Notes: a model not told the origin generated them from the letters alone. A stretch of 64,000 nt of DNA from Candidatus Babeliales bacterium (GCA_963701665.1 OY969622.1:160001-224000); one strand, 5' to 3'; counted from the stretch's first letter, positions 1-10,597 are shown. Numbers and translations are program-made.

Positions 1-117
1 CATGCGATGCAGCAGTTGTTCATCAGTGCATCGAATAGTATCGCCACTTGAATATGATGGTAGCTGATTTTCGTGATGCCAAAAAAAGGCAAAAATATGG
101 TTGTCTTGTGTTCGCAT
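1..117 (-). CDS. 5' fragment of a gene running off the window edge, possibly RsmE-like 16S rRNA methyltransferase
   Basis: Manual translation MRTQDNHIFAFFWHHENQLPSYSSGDTIRCTDEQLLHRM, open to the window edge and starting just after the 120..455 stop; only weak resemblance to RsmE N-termini. Confidence 0.3.
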   Translation of the reverse strand, partial: MRTQDNHIFAFFWHHENQLPSYSSGDTIRCTDEQLLHRM

Positions 118-119
118 GA

Positions 120-455
120 TTATTTTCGTGCAATTTTTTCTTTTACTGAGTGCCACGAATTGGCCAGATATTCCTTTAACGAATAATAATGCATAATGGT
201 AGTTAGCGCTAGTGCGATTGCCCAATCAGTAACGGGAGATGAGAAGGTCTGTACATCATCACAATCGAGCTGTTCACAAATGGTATCTAATTCATCATGA
301 TGACTATCGTGGGCATAGTCAGCTTTTGTGGTATCCAAGTTTTCTGATAAACAATGTGTTTGCTCATAATATTCTTGTATATCCTGTGCTTTTGCCATTT
401 TCACGCTTAACGGTGCGCCAATAACAACGCTATATAAAACAATTTTTTTGTTCAT
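120..455 (-). CDS. hypothetical protein with signal-peptide-like N-terminus
   Basis: 111-aa ORF, MNKKIVL start with upstream AAGGA. Confidence 0.6.
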   Translation of the reverse strand: MNKKIVLYSVVIGAPLSVKMAKAQDIQEYYEQTHCLSENLDTTKADYAHDSHHDELDTICEQLDCDDVQTFSSPVTDWAIALALTTIMHYYSLKEYLANSWHSVKEKIARK

Positions 456-551
456 GTTAATTTCCTTTACAAACTATTTCTAGAGAAGAATACTAATATA
501 CACCATTTTTTTTCAAACAAATGCATTTTTTTTGTAAAGGAAAGAGTAAAT

Positions 552-2075
552 ATGGCCTCTTCAACACAACCTACCATGCTCATAGTGCTTGATGGATTTG
601 GCTACCGTGAACAAAAAAAATATAATGCTATTGCCCTTGCAAAGACACCAGTTTTAGATCTTCTCTTAAAAGAATATCCGCATGCGTTGTTGGCAGCGTC
701 AGGCCAAGCAGTTGGATTGCCACACGGCTCTAACGGCAACTCAGAAGTAGGTCATGTAACGCTAGGCGCTGGACGGATTATTCGTCAAGATGCAACGATT
801 ATATCCGATGCTATAAAAAACGGACAATTTTTTTCAAATCCTGTATTGCTCGAACAGCTAAACGAGTGCGAAAAAAAATCTAGTCGCGTGCATATTTTGG
901 GGTTACTTTCTGATGGTGGCGTGCATAGTGATATTTCCCACGCGATCGCTTTCTTGCAAGCAGCAAAAAAAGCTGGCATCAAACACGCGTTTGTCCATGC
1001 CATTCTTGATGGGCGCGACGTTGCACCACGATCCGCGCGCGTTTACTTAGAGCAGCTTGAACGTGCGTTTGAAACGTTGAACTATGGAACACTCGGCTCA
1101 TTGCATGGACGTTTTTATTCAATGGACCGTGATAAAAATTGGGAACGCACGGCACTCAGTTATTGTTGTTTAACGCAGGCACAAGAGATTAGGTTTGATT
1201 CGTGGCGTTCTGCGATCACCTATTATTATAACGATCAGATCTTTGATGAGTTTATACCGCCTACGCAACTTCATAATGATTCACTTATTAAAGATGGGGA
1301 CGCCGTTATCTTTTTTAACTTTCGCCCCGATCGCGCACGTCAATTAACGGCACCGTTTGTTGTGCCACATTTTAACGAATTTGAAGGTAAACATGTTAAG
1401 CTCCAATTTTTTATGACGCCCGTTTCTTTTGACGAGCGTTTTAAGAATGTTGTGCTATTTAAAAAAGAGCCCGTCAAAAATACGTTGATGGACGTTCTGG
1501 AGGCACAGCATAAAACTATGTTTGCCATTGCAGAAACAGAAAAATATGCACACGTTACCTACTTTTTTAATGCGGGTAATGAACGAGTGCATGCCAATGA
1601 AACGCGCGTGTTGATTCCTTCAGTTCCGGTAGAAAGTTATGCAACATTGCCCCAGATGTCTGCTGCACAGATTACGAGCGCGGTTATCGATTCACTCAAA
1701 AAAGATCCAAAAGATTTTTATCTTATTAATTATGCGAACGCAGATATGGTTGGCCATTCTGGTAATTTAGAAGCAACCATCAAAGCGGTTGAATGTTTGG
1801 ATGAGCAACTTGGTATTGTCTATAAGCAGGTTGTTCTGACAATGAATGGCACTTTATACATTACCGCCGATCATGGCAATGCTGAAGAAATGTTTGATGA
1901 AACAACGCACCAGCCAAAAACCTCGCATACAACTAATCCCGTGATTTTTTTAGTCGTTAAAAAAGATCTAGCAGGTCAAAAATTGCCGTGTCCTTCTATG
2001 AAAGGGCTTTCAGATGTCGCACCCTGTATTCTACATATGATGCAGCTTCCAATTCCAGATGAAATGAAGAAATAA
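552..2075 (+). CDS. gpmI: 2,3-bisphosphoglycerate-independent phosphoglycerate mutase
   Basis: LDGFG, GNSEVGH, DGGVHS, DGRD, ETEKYAHVTYFFN, NADMVGH, TADHGN motifs; 507 aa. Confidence 0.97.
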   Translation: MASSTQPTMLIVLDGFGYREQKKYNAIALAKTPVLDLLLKEYPHALLAASGQAVGLPHGSNGNSEVGHVTLGAGRIIRQDATIISDAIKNGQFFSNPVLLEQLNECEKKSSRVHILGLLSDGGVHSDISHAIAFLQAAKKAGIKHAFVHAILDGRDVAPRSARVYLEQLERAFETLNYGTLGSLHGRFYSMDRDKNWERTALSYCCLTQAQEIRFDSWRSAITYYYNDQIFDEFIPPTQLHNDSLIKDGDAVIFFNFRPDRARQLTAPFVVPHFNEFEGKHVKLQFFMTPVSFDERFKNVVLFKKEPVKNTLMDVLEAQHKTMFAIAETEKYAHVTYFFNAGNERVHANETRVLIPSVPVESYATLPQMSAAQITSAVIDSLKKDPKDFYLINYANADMVGHSGNLEATIKAVECLDEQLGIVYKQVVLTMNGTLYITADHGNAEEMFDETTHQPKTSHTTNPVIFLVVKKDLAGQKLPCPSMKGLSDVAPCILHMMQLPIPDEMKK

Positions 2076-2144
2076 ATAAGATAGTTTTTTCGATGGTATG
2101 TTCGCTATACTGAAAAAAAAATCTAATTAAAAAAGGAGCATAAC

Positions 2145-2570
2145 ATGTTAGAACTTTCAAAGCTTTTGTCCGCGCGTTTACATCTTTCTTATTATTCGCT
2201 CAAAATTATATATGGCATTATTGCGCTCGTTGCAGGATTTGATAAATTTTTTCACTTTTTTAGCAGTAACGCAGAACAGTTTGTGAGCCCCTATATAACA
2301 ACAGTTATTCCGTTATCAGCAACGCATATTATATATGGCATAGCTATTCTTGAGATCATTATTGGTGTTCTTATTTTATCGAAATTTACCAAATGGGGTG
2401 CCTATGCAATGATGATATGGTATGCCATCATCATTGTAGATTTAATGACCTTGTCGGGGTTTGCGGTGCTTGCTTTGAGTAATGCTGGTCACGCAATAGC
2501 GAATTTTACGCTGGCGCAGTTAGCCACCTTTGTTGAAAAATATACCAAGCATGAAAACGCCGTGCTTTAA
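2145..2570 (+). CDS. DoxX-like membrane protein
   Basis: Four hydrophobic segments, AGFDKF and EIIIG motifs, AAGGAG RBS. Confidence 0.6.
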   Translation: MLELSKLLSARLHLSYYSLKIIYGIIALVAGFDKFFHFFSSNAEQFVSPYITTVIPLSATHIIYGIAILEIIIGVLILSKFTKWGAYAMMIWYAIIIVDLMTLSGFAVLALSNAGHAIANFTLAQLATFVEKYTKHENAVL

Positions 2571-3151
2571 TGAGGAACATCATAGGTGAATTTGACAAAT
2601 CCTTCATCCTGTCCTTTTTCTTGAAACCCTAATTTTCTATATAATGCTTGTGCTGCAGCATTATCGGTGCGCGTAACGAGTTCGACTTGTGAAACACCAT
2701 GATTAATAAGATCACGGAGTGCGTATTTTACGAATTTCACGCCCCATCCTTTTGAACGGTAAGCAGGTAACACGTCAACAAATAATATTTTGCCTAGATA
2801 AAATTTCTTTACGTAATACGCCAAAAAACCGGCTGGTTGATCGCCTTGATAGCCAACTTTCATGGTCAAAATATGTTTAGGTGGTAAGGTAAGAGAGTTG
2901 GAGCGATATTTAAGTACGTAATCAACATATGCTTGTGCCGTCTCATCAAAAGTATCTGAAATACCAGCGACAAGCCAATACCAATCATCATGAAATAACT
3001 GTTTTATGAATGCAGAATCTCGTTGTTGGCTATATTCATAAATTCCTTCAGCAAAATAAGAGTGATATAGAAAGTATGAACCTGTCCCTAGAAAAATAGA
3101 TAGTGCACATCCAATAATGCTTATTTTAATGGCTTTTTTGCTGAGATTCAT
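2567..3151 (-). CDS. GNAT-family acetyltransferase with N-terminal membrane anchor
   Basis: V.PAYRSKGWG acetyl-CoA motif and NAAAQALYRKLGF. Confidence 0.88.
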   Translation of the reverse strand: MNLSKKAIKISIIGCALSIFLGTGSYFLYHSYFAEGIYEYSQQRDSAFIKQLFHDDWYWLVAGISDTFDETAQAYVDYVLKYRSNSLTLPPKHILTMKVGYQGDQPAGFLAYYVKKFYLGKILFVDVLPAYRSKGWGVKFVKYALRDLINHGVSQVELVTRTDNAAAQALYRKLGFQEKGQDEGFVKFTYDVPH

Positions 3152-3423
3152 GAATATAAACCTTTATAGCTTGTGAAAACATACGCAAATTAGAATAAAT
3201 GGTTGTGAATAAGAAGACTAGAAAATCATGCTTTTTTTTATGGCAAAAGCCCAAAAACCCCTAAATTCCGTAAAACAGGCGTCCAGAACGTCTGAACCTG
3301 CCTTTCCCTGGGGAATACCTATAAAACATTACAAATGAGAAATAAATGTACAAAAGTGCTTTTTTTATATATACTATTAAAAAATATAAATCATGTAATT
3401 ATTGGTATTAATGGGGGAAAATA

Positions 3424-5595
3424 ATGAACTTTTTACGTAATTTTTTAATCGCATTTGTGCTCTGTATGGGTAGTGCAGGTTTAAGCTCTATGGAGGTATC
3501 CAAGGGGCAAAAAAGCTCTTTACCTTCGCTTACAAGGCTAGCAGCAGAACAAGTACTTAAAAATGCCAGGGAGCGCGAGAGTATAGAAGAGACGCGTCAA
3601 GACATGGAACGATTACCAGAAGAAGTGCGTTTTTATGTGAGGGCATGCCACGAGGCTAGACCCCAGAGACGTAGTTTTCTACACGAGGCAACCTCAATCA
3701 GAGAAGTTATGCAATTAGTTGAAGGAATAGGGGTTAATCCAGTCTCGAAAACACGTACAGATGAAACGCCTCTTATGACGTTATTGCGTTCAGGCAAACG
3801 TGATGAAGCGTATGCATTGCTTAATTTCATGAATGCAAACAAACTCCCCTGTGATCAAAAAGATATGCATGGGCAAACTGCATTGAGTATTGCTAAACGG
3901 TTTGAAGATGAAGAAATGATCGCTCTGTTAAAAAATGAAAGGCCTAACGTTAAGCCTATTAAGCAAGAAACTATCGCAGAAGATCCAACAAACAAAATTG
4001 TAAGAAAAAAACTGAAAAAATTATTGAGCTTTCAATCATATGCAAAGGCAGAAGAATTTCTTAGAAAGTTACCTGAATCAGTTTCCTTAAGTAGTATTGC
4101 TCTCGAAGCACAAAAGCAAGATAAGTATACAGGATTAACAGCACTGCATACCGTTAATCATCCTGAACAAGTAAAGATTTTGATGCAGCTCGGTGTAGAT
4201 TTTAATATATCATCAAACGAAGGGCAAAAGCCACTTCATGTTTATATAAAAACAGGCAACTTTGATGTTGCATTAGAACTTCTTAAAATACATGATGAAT
4301 CATTGTGCATTGATGTGCGCGATCATTTGGGATGTACTCCTATTTCCTATGCAATTATTGGGAAACATAATGAACTCATTGCTATGCTTATTGCAAGAAA
4401 AGCTAATACGCGTAGCAAGATCAAGGCATGGGGAAATAGTACGTCACCGCTAGAACTTTTTTTAGATCGCCGTTTTTACAATGCTGAATTGGTGCCGCTG
4501 CTTTTTTCTCAGGATGTTCTTGCAGAATTAAGTATTCCAACGAAAATGCGGTTATTGCAACGTGCTGTTTGTTGTGATTTTGATCCTGTAAAGGAAATCC
4601 TGCTTGGTGATGAAACTTTTGAAACATTAACAGATAGCAATGGCATGAATTTTATTATGTATCTGGTGCAGAATAATCATAATGAAACGCTCAAAAAAGT
4701 ATTAAAGACTTTCAAAGATCCTGCAACACTTAAAGCTGTCTTGGAAAGAACAGATCACCGATCTCAAACAGCACTTTTTTATGCCATCTTTAAAGGGTCA
4801 AGAACATTAAAAACATTGTTAGAGCATAACGTCAATATTAATCACCAAAATAACCGTGGACATACGGTGCTTTACTTCGCTCAAGAATATAAATCACTTT
4901 TAAAACAGTTATTAAAAAAGAACCCTAACGTCAACCTTGCTTCTGTATTCGGTAGTACACCTTTACATGAAGCAGTAAAAAAAGAACATAGTGAGTGTGC
5001 TGAACTATTGCTGCAATACGGTGCAGATGTTAATGCTCAAAGCAATAACGGTGTAACACCGTTGCATGTTGCAGCTATAAAACAACCAGTATTAGTTGAT
5101 ACACTGCTTAATTATTATCCTTTAATTGATATATGCGCGCAGAGCGGAAGAACTCCTTTTATGACCACATTAGTATGTAATAATGTGGAATCAGCAAAAC
5201 TATTATTGGCAGCAGGAGCGAATCCTCTTGCAACTGATAATGATGGGAGAACAATACTCCACAACATGGTTCAGAAGCATCCTGAGAATTTCTATACTTT
5301 TGTAAAAGAAATAATATCCGTTCTTAAAACCAAAGACTCAAAGGGAAAAACAGTATCATATTTATTGAATGCTAAAGATAAAGATGGTCAAACTGTATTA
5401 CATTATGCTGCAAATAAAAAAGATTTCGGAACAGTTAAAAATCTCATTGATTTAGGTGCTGACGTTAATAGCCAAGATGATCTGGGAAGAACGCCTCTTA
5501 TGCTTGCATTAGAGAATAAGTGTGAAGGAGCAGTCAGATGCTTGCTTAAAAATCATGCGGATCAAACTATCAAAGATAGTAATGGTAATACGTAA
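3424..5595 (+). CDS. secreted ankyrin-repeat protein
   Basis: Many G.TPLH/TALH..A repeats; signal peptide ending GLSS-M. Confidence 0.92.
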   Translation: MNFLRNFLIAFVLCMGSAGLSSMEVSKGQKSSLPSLTRLAAEQVLKNARERESIEETRQDMERLPEEVRFYVRACHEARPQRRSFLHEATSIREVMQLVEGIGVNPVSKTRTDETPLMTLLRSGKRDEAYALLNFMNANKLPCDQKDMHGQTALSIAKRFEDEEMIALLKNERPNVKPIKQETIAEDPTNKIVRKKLKKLLSFQSYAKAEEFLRKLPESVSLSSIALEAQKQDKYTGLTALHTVNHPEQVKILMQLGVDFNISSNEGQKPLHVYIKTGNFDVALELLKIHDESLCIDVRDHLGCTPISYAIIGKHNELIAMLIARKANTRSKIKAWGNSTSPLELFLDRRFYNAELVPLLFSQDVLAELSIPTKMRLLQRAVCCDFDPVKEILLGDETFETLTDSNGMNFIMYLVQNNHNETLKKVLKTFKDPATLKAVLERTDHRSQTALFYAIFKGSRTLKTLLEHNVNINHQNNRGHTVLYFAQEYKSLLKQLLKKNPNVNLASVFGSTPLHEAVKKEHSECAELLLQYGADVNAQSNNGVTPLHVAAIKQPVLVDTLLNYYPLIDICAQSGRTPFMTTLVCNNVESAKLLLAAGANPLATDNDGRTILHNMVQKHPENFYTFVKEIISVLKTKDSKGKTVSYLLNAKDKDGQTVLHYAANKKDFGTVKNLIDLGADVNSQDDLGRTPLMLALENKCEGAVRCLLKNHADQTIKDSNGNT

Positions 5596-5686
5596 GGTTT
5601 ATATACAGTGTGATGAATCAGCTTCCGATTATTTAAGTATTTTGCACGAATACAAGAAATAATTCTTTAAAGGCGCAAATAGACGG

Positions 5687-6379
5687 TTAGTTTTCCCAAC
5701 CTGTTGCGTCATAAGGTGCGAATTGGCTAGTATTACGTGTATCTTCGACAATTATTTCAATATCGTGTAATTGTTTTTTTAATAATTTGCGCCTGTGACG
5801 AAGAAATTTCTTGTACTCTTTTGGCTCGGAAGGTCTGCTTTGGTAGGTATACTTTTTGCCAAAAAGCGTACGTTCTATATCATTGAGCCGGTCGTTTACT
5901 AAATCACCCGGTGATCCAGCATGATAAAAAAGAGCTCTCTTAACTTTTCCTGTGATATTTGTCGTTAATAGATTGTAGGTATTTTGATGATGATCACCTA
6001 GGCCATTATTGCCCGCGAATAGACTAGAGTACTCTCCATCTTTTTCATTTTGGAGGTTACATAATATTTCATTCCAAGAGGTATCAAAACCGCCATACGC
6101 TATTGCGGCAGTAACTAGATGGTTGTTTGCTAATTCGTCTTTTAAATCATTAATGCGAACATTTTTTTGATGATGTCGCCATTCGTTTGAAAAAACATAT
6201 AAGCTCGTTACTCCAATACCACCAATAATCAATGTTTTTTGTAGCGTATCCGCCTTACTCCAAAATTCTTGTATGCTATCTTTCAGTTGTCTAAAATACT
6301 CCATGCCAAAACATGAGTTAATATTGATAGAGAGAAGCACGATTAACAGGTATTTTTGAATTGTATTTTTATATTTCAT
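5687..6379 (-). CDS. secreted hypothetical protein
   Basis: ORF track gives 5687..6448; likely start MKYKN at 6379 after AAGGA; signal peptide ending CFG-M. Confidence 0.65.
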   Translation of the reverse strand: MKYKNTIQKYLLIVLLSININSCFGMEYFRQLKDSIQEFWSKADTLQKTLIIGGIGVTSLYVFSNEWRHHQKNVRINDLKDELANNHLVTAAIAYGGFDTSWNEILCNLQNEKDGEYSSLFAGNNGLGDHHQNTYNLLTTNITGKVKRALFYHAGSPGDLVNDRLNDIERTLFGKKYTYQSRPSEPKEYKKFLRHRRKLLKKQLHDIEIIVEDTRNTSQFAPYDATGWEN

Positions 6380-6476
6380 GTTGTCCTTAAAAATAATTTG
6401 AATTTTATCAAAATATATTAAAACTAATTTGATACGGATGATAAACAATTTATAAGATAGCTAAAATAATCGCAGT

Positions 6477-6881
6477 TGTCATTGCGAGCCGACATTGTCG
6501 GCGTGGCAACCCAGCTTATAAAATTTTATTTATTTTTCCTTTGAGTTGCTCATATAAATCAAACCAAGAGGGATTTATTGACTCAATAAGTTTTAATTTT
6601 TTTGTTCGTGAACCGGATTTTATTTGTTTTTCTCGAGCAATTGCTTTTAACATGTCATCGTAAAGTTCATAGTATACAAGTAAATTACAACCATGTTGCT
6701 TTGTAAATCCTTCGATCATATTATTTTTGTGTTGATACATTCTTTGCGCCAAATTAGAAGTTACCCCTGTATAAAGGGTTCCATTTCTTTTGTTAGTTAC
6801 GATGTATACTGCGGGTTGTTTCATAAGGATCTCATAATAGAATTTTATAAGCTGGGTTGCCACGCTACGCTCGCAATGACA
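6477..6881. mobile_element. REP-like inverted-repeat unit enclosing a GIY-YIG nuclease gene
   Basis: 6477-6525 and 6841-6881 are inverted copies of TGTCATTGCGAGC-loop-GCGTGGCAACCCAGCTTATAAAATT, differing only in the loop. Confidence 0.75.
6516..6824 (-). CDS. small stand-alone GIY-YIG nuclease family protein
   Basis: AVYIVTN..NGTLYTGVTSNL..R..QHK, GFT, LVYYE, AIAREKQIK, NPSW.DLY; probable start MKQPAV at 6824 because the longer track start lies inside the repeat. Confidence 0.92.
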   Translation of the reverse strand: MKQPAVYIVTNKRNGTLYTGVTSNLAQRMYQHKNNMIEGFTKQHGCNLLVYYELYDDMLKAIAREKQIKSGSRTKKLKLIESINPSWFDLYEQLKGKINKIL

Positions 6882-6932
6882 TTCTGATTATTGTGCTTGT
6901 CTTATAAATTGTTTATCACTTTAAAAAACATG

Positions 6933-7676
6933 TTAATTATTTTTATACTCAATCTCGTGCAATACAAGCCCGTGCGCGGGTGCATTTGGGAGCGCGTGAT
7001 TAGGATTTTTTGATGCCAAAACGCGTGCAACATGCTCGCGCGTTGTACGTCCGCACGCGACTTGAAGACACGCGCCAACAATGCGTCGAATCATACAATG
7101 CAAAAAACTTCTCCCTCGAACAATAATGCGATGCGCGTGCAATGGTGCATTAAAATCGCGTGAAATAGATTCGATCGCGCGTATTGAACTCTTACCCTCG
7201 ACATCCGAAGCGAATGCGCGAAAATCATGCTTACCAACAAAAAGTGTTAAAGCATGATCTAATTGCTCAAAGTCGAGTGGCTTTTTTATAAAATATCCCC
7301 AATTATTATGGGGGGGAAGTGGTTGTTCACAAAAAAAATGATACCAATAGGTTTTTTGCGCAACGTCAAAACGCGCATTGAACGCTGATGGCACTTCTTC
7401 TAACGAACGAATAACAATATCAGATGGCAGGATATTATTCCAGGCAAATAACATTTTTTGCGGATCAAATTCTTGATCAAGCACAAAAGTGGCAACTTGG
7501 CCGTATGCATGAACGCCAGCATCGGTGCGAGAAGCACCGATGAGGATAATTTTTTTTTTGAATACTAAAAAGAATGTATGTTGGAGAGTATTGGCGATTG
7601 CTGCCTGATTAGGCTGCGATTGCCATCCGGCGTATGCAGTGCCTTGATAGGCAACCACAATTTTATACGTTTTCAC
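6933..7676 (-). CDS. truA: tRNA pseudouridine(38-40) synthase
   Basis: Y.GT.YAGWQ, SRTDAGVHA.GQ, G.HDF.AF, SFLH.MIRRIVG, APAHGL. Confidence 0.96.
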   Translation of the reverse strand: MKTYKIVVAYQGTAYAGWQSQPNQAAIANTLQHTFFLVFKKKIILIGASRTDAGVHAYGQVATFVLDQEFDPQKMLFAWNNILPSDIVIRSLEEVPSAFNARFDVAQKTYWYHFFCEQPLPPHNNWGYFIKKPLDFEQLDHALTLFVGKHDFRAFASDVEGKSSIRAIESISRDFNAPLHAHRIIVRGRSFLHCMIRRIVGACLQVACGRTTREHVARVLASKNPNHALPNAPAHGLVLHEIEYKNN

Positions 7677-7679
7677 GTT

Positions 7680-9480
7680 TTATTTTCTGAGATTTGCCTT
7701 AAGAATTTTTTTGCGTAAACGAATATGCTGTGGTGTCACTTCAATAAGTTCGTCAGGCATGATCCATTCCATGCATGTTTCAAGTTCCATGGGGCGTGGT
7801 GGCGTTAATTTAATCATTTCATCAGTGCCGGAAGCGCGCATATTGGTGAGCTTTTTTTGTTTGCATGGATTAACGTCCATATCGCCTTCACGACTATTTT
7901 CACCAATAATCATGCCTTCATAAACCGGTTCACCAGGACTAACGAACAAGGTTCCACGCTCTTGTAAATTGTCGAGTGCAAATCCTGTTGCGGCGCCTGC
8001 TTCCATAGAAACGAGTGCACCTTTTGTACGGGTAGGAATGTCACCTTTATATGGCTGATAGCCATGGAACCTAAAATTAGCAAGTCCGGTGCCGCGCGTA
8101 TCAGTCAAGAATTGACTTCTAAAACCAAGAAGCCCGCGTGACGGAACTTCGAATTCTAAGCGCATGCGCCCGTTTTCATAATGGTGTATATTTTTCATTT
8201 CTGCTTTTTTTCTGCCAAGTTTTTCCATGACAACACCTTGATGTTCATCCATGATATCAACGACCAAATATTCAATTGGTTCGTATTTTGCGCCATTGAT
8301 AGTTTTATAAATAACTTCTGGCGCAGAAAGTTGTAATTCAAATCCTTCGCGACGCATATTTTCAACCAAGATACCTAAATGTAATTGTCCGCGCCCAGAA
8401 ACTTTGAACTTTTCAGATGACTCAGTCGGCTCAACGCGCAAAGCGACGTTCGTTTTTAATTCTTTTTCTAAGCGATCTTTAATTTGACGTGAAGTGAGCA
8501 ATTTGCCATCGCGTCCGCTAAATGGCGAATCATTCACAGAAAAATAAATCGAGAGTGTCGGTTCATCAATTGTAACATAGGGGTAAGGCAGAGGATGACC
8601 AACTTCACAGATGGTGGTGCCAATGGTAACCGGTTCAGAAATCCGGTCATGGCAATAATATCACCAAATTCAACCTTTGGTGTTTCAATTTTTGTAATCC
8701 TTGGAACGTGTATAATTTAGTTACTCTCATAGGTTTGCTGACAGCATCATCTTTGCAGCAAATAAATTGTTGGCCAAGGTCGAGTGAACCGCTAAAAACA
8801 CGGCCAATTGCAATAGGTCCTAAGAAATCTGAATGATCCAAACTGGTGACAAGCACTTGTAAATGATCGCTTTTATTGACGGGCGCTGGAATTGTTTTGA
8901 TAATCGTTTCAAATAACGGTTTCATATCGCCAGACATGAGGCTTGGATCAAAATTAGCAAATCCTAATTTTGATGAACCATATAAAATAGGAAATTCAAG
9001 TTGACTTTCGTTCTGCGCAAGATCAAGAAACAGATCATGAATTAAACGCTCAGTTCCTGCAATATCAGCATCTTTACGATCAATTTTATTAATGAGAACA
9101 ATCGGCTTTAAATTAAGCTCGAGTGCTTTTCGTAATACAAAACGAGTGCCTGGCAAAACGCCTTCGGCAGCATCAACTAAGAGAAGAAAACCCTCGACCA
9201 TTTGGAGCGTACGTTCAACTTCACCGCCAAAATCACTGTGGCCCGGAGTATCAACGATATTAATAATATAATCGCCGTAGGTGATACCAGTATTTTTTGC
9301 CAAAATGGTAATACCGCGCTCTTTTTCAAGGGCGTTGGAATCCATAACACGCTCGGTTACATCACTGATGGTGCCAGATTGACGCAATAATTTATCAACG
9401 AGCGTCGTTTTGCCATGGTCAACGTGAGCGATAATAGCAATATTGCGAAGATTAGATCGTTCTTGGGCTTTCATAGTCAT
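7680..9480 (-). CDS. typA: translational GTPase TypA/BipA, split by two apparent single-base homopolymer deletions
   Basis: N-half NIAIIAHVDHGKTT, ERGITI, DTPGHSDF, NKID; C-half GRGQLHL, RREGFE, KKLTNMRASG; intervening residues recoverable in shifted frames. Confidence 0.93.
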
Positions 9481-9598
9481 TTCGTTTATACACCGTTTTC
9501 TAAAGTTAATAAGGGTTTATATAGTAATTTTTTGGATAAAAAAAGAAGCTCATTTGTTATAGTATATTCTAATTTGCAAAAAAAATCAGCAAAAAAGA

Positions 9599-9628
9599 GG
9601 GTGAGTTTTTCATGTAAAAAACTCACCC
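9599..9628 (-). terminator. intrinsic terminator after rpsR
   Basis: GGGTGAGTTTTT/AAAAACTCACCC hairpin followed by a T-tract on the minus strand. Confidence 0.75.
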
Positions 9629-9651
9629 ATTAATTTTAGGTGTTTTTCAGG

Positions 9652-9945
9652 TTACATCAAAGGTGAACAGTAGGGAAGTAATGCCATCACGCGTGATTTT
9701 TTAATCATGTGAGAAACAATACGTTGATGACGATTACAGGTTCCTGAAATACGTGAAGGAAGGATCTTCCCTCGTTCTGTCAAAAAGCTTTTTAACAGGA
9801 AAACATTTTTGTAATCGAGTGCACTAAGTTGATCTTTGCTACCGCAAAAACGACACTGCTTTGGAGCGCTGAGCGCACTGCGGCGGCGGCTTTTCTTTTT
9901 GAGTAACCGTGAACTAATACGTAATTTTGTCATTTTTTTTGTCAT
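9652..9945 (-). CDS. rpsR: 30S ribosomal protein S18
   Basis: [32 protein letters not shown]. Confidence 0.97.
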   Translation of the reverse strand: MTKKMTKLRISSRLLKKKSRRRSALSAPKQCRFCGSKDQLSALDYKNVFLLKSFLTERGKILPSRISGTCNRHQRIVSHMIKKSRVMALLPYCSPLM

Positions 9946-9959
9946 GCCATAATCCTTAT

Positions 9960-10439
9960 TTATTGTTCATCTGAATCGTGCTCATCGCTCTCATCTGATT
10001 CAAATGATGATGCTGCGGGGGCACTATGTTCTTTTGAGAGTAATCCTTCCATTTTATGTTCGCGCAAGAATGAATCAACATCGCGTGAAGGACTATCTTC
10101 AAGAGATTCAGGTTTTTGATATGCCAAGGATTGGTGTGGATCCAAATGAGTTGTCATGTTTCGCATGATAACATCGGCTTTTTTGAAGGCAAAAAGTTCA
10201 TCAATGTCTTTGACTAATGTTTTTGCTTGGGTATCTTCAACTTCATACCTGGTCAAGAAATAAACGCCATAATCGTTTTTTCTGACTGGGTAAGCTAAAC
10301 GATATTTGCCCCAACGCTCAAAGGATATTACGGAGCCTTTTGATTTTTTAATAACACTGCCAACCTGATTTTCCAAGGATGACATTTCATCTTTGGTGAT
10401 TTCAGGAACAGCAAGTATTAATGTTTCGTAACGTACCAT
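9960..10439 (-). CDS. rpsF: 30S ribosomal protein S6 with long acidic C-terminal extension
   Basis: [18 protein letters not shown]; directly upstream of rpsR. Confidence 0.95.
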   Translation of the reverse strand: MVRYETLILAVPEITKDEMSSLENQVGSVIKKSKGSVISFERWGKYRLAYPVRKNDYGVYFLTRYEVEDTQAKTLVKDIDELFAFKKADVIMRNMTTHLDPHQSLAYQKPESLEDSPSRDVDSFLREHKMEGLLSKEHSAPAASSFESDESDEHDSDEQ

Positions 10440-10561
10440 ATGCGGTATGCCCTTTTATAATAACGACTAACTGGAAGTATTTCACGAGGAAACACTATAA
10501 AACAATACTGAGAGGTGTTTTATTTAGTACAGGAGAGCACTAACGTCGACAAATTCTACTA

Positions 10562-10597
10562 TACCAGAAAAGCTAAAAAAGAATAGCTTTTCTGGTA
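10562..10597. terminator. hairpin downstream of the repressor gene
   Basis: TACCAGAAAAGCTA/TAGCTTTTCTGGTA perfect 14-bp inverted repeat. Confidence 0.55.

Noticed and set aside
5580..5660. Ankyrin protein ending abruptly at the start of a repeat (KDSNGNT-stop), possible readthrough or frameshift
   Set aside because: No convincing ankyrin continuation in any downstream frame; cannot be distinguished from natural truncation.
8537..8700. Programmed ribosomal frameshifting in typA
   Set aside because: Two separate shifts in short homopolymers would be needed; sequencing error is more parsimonious.
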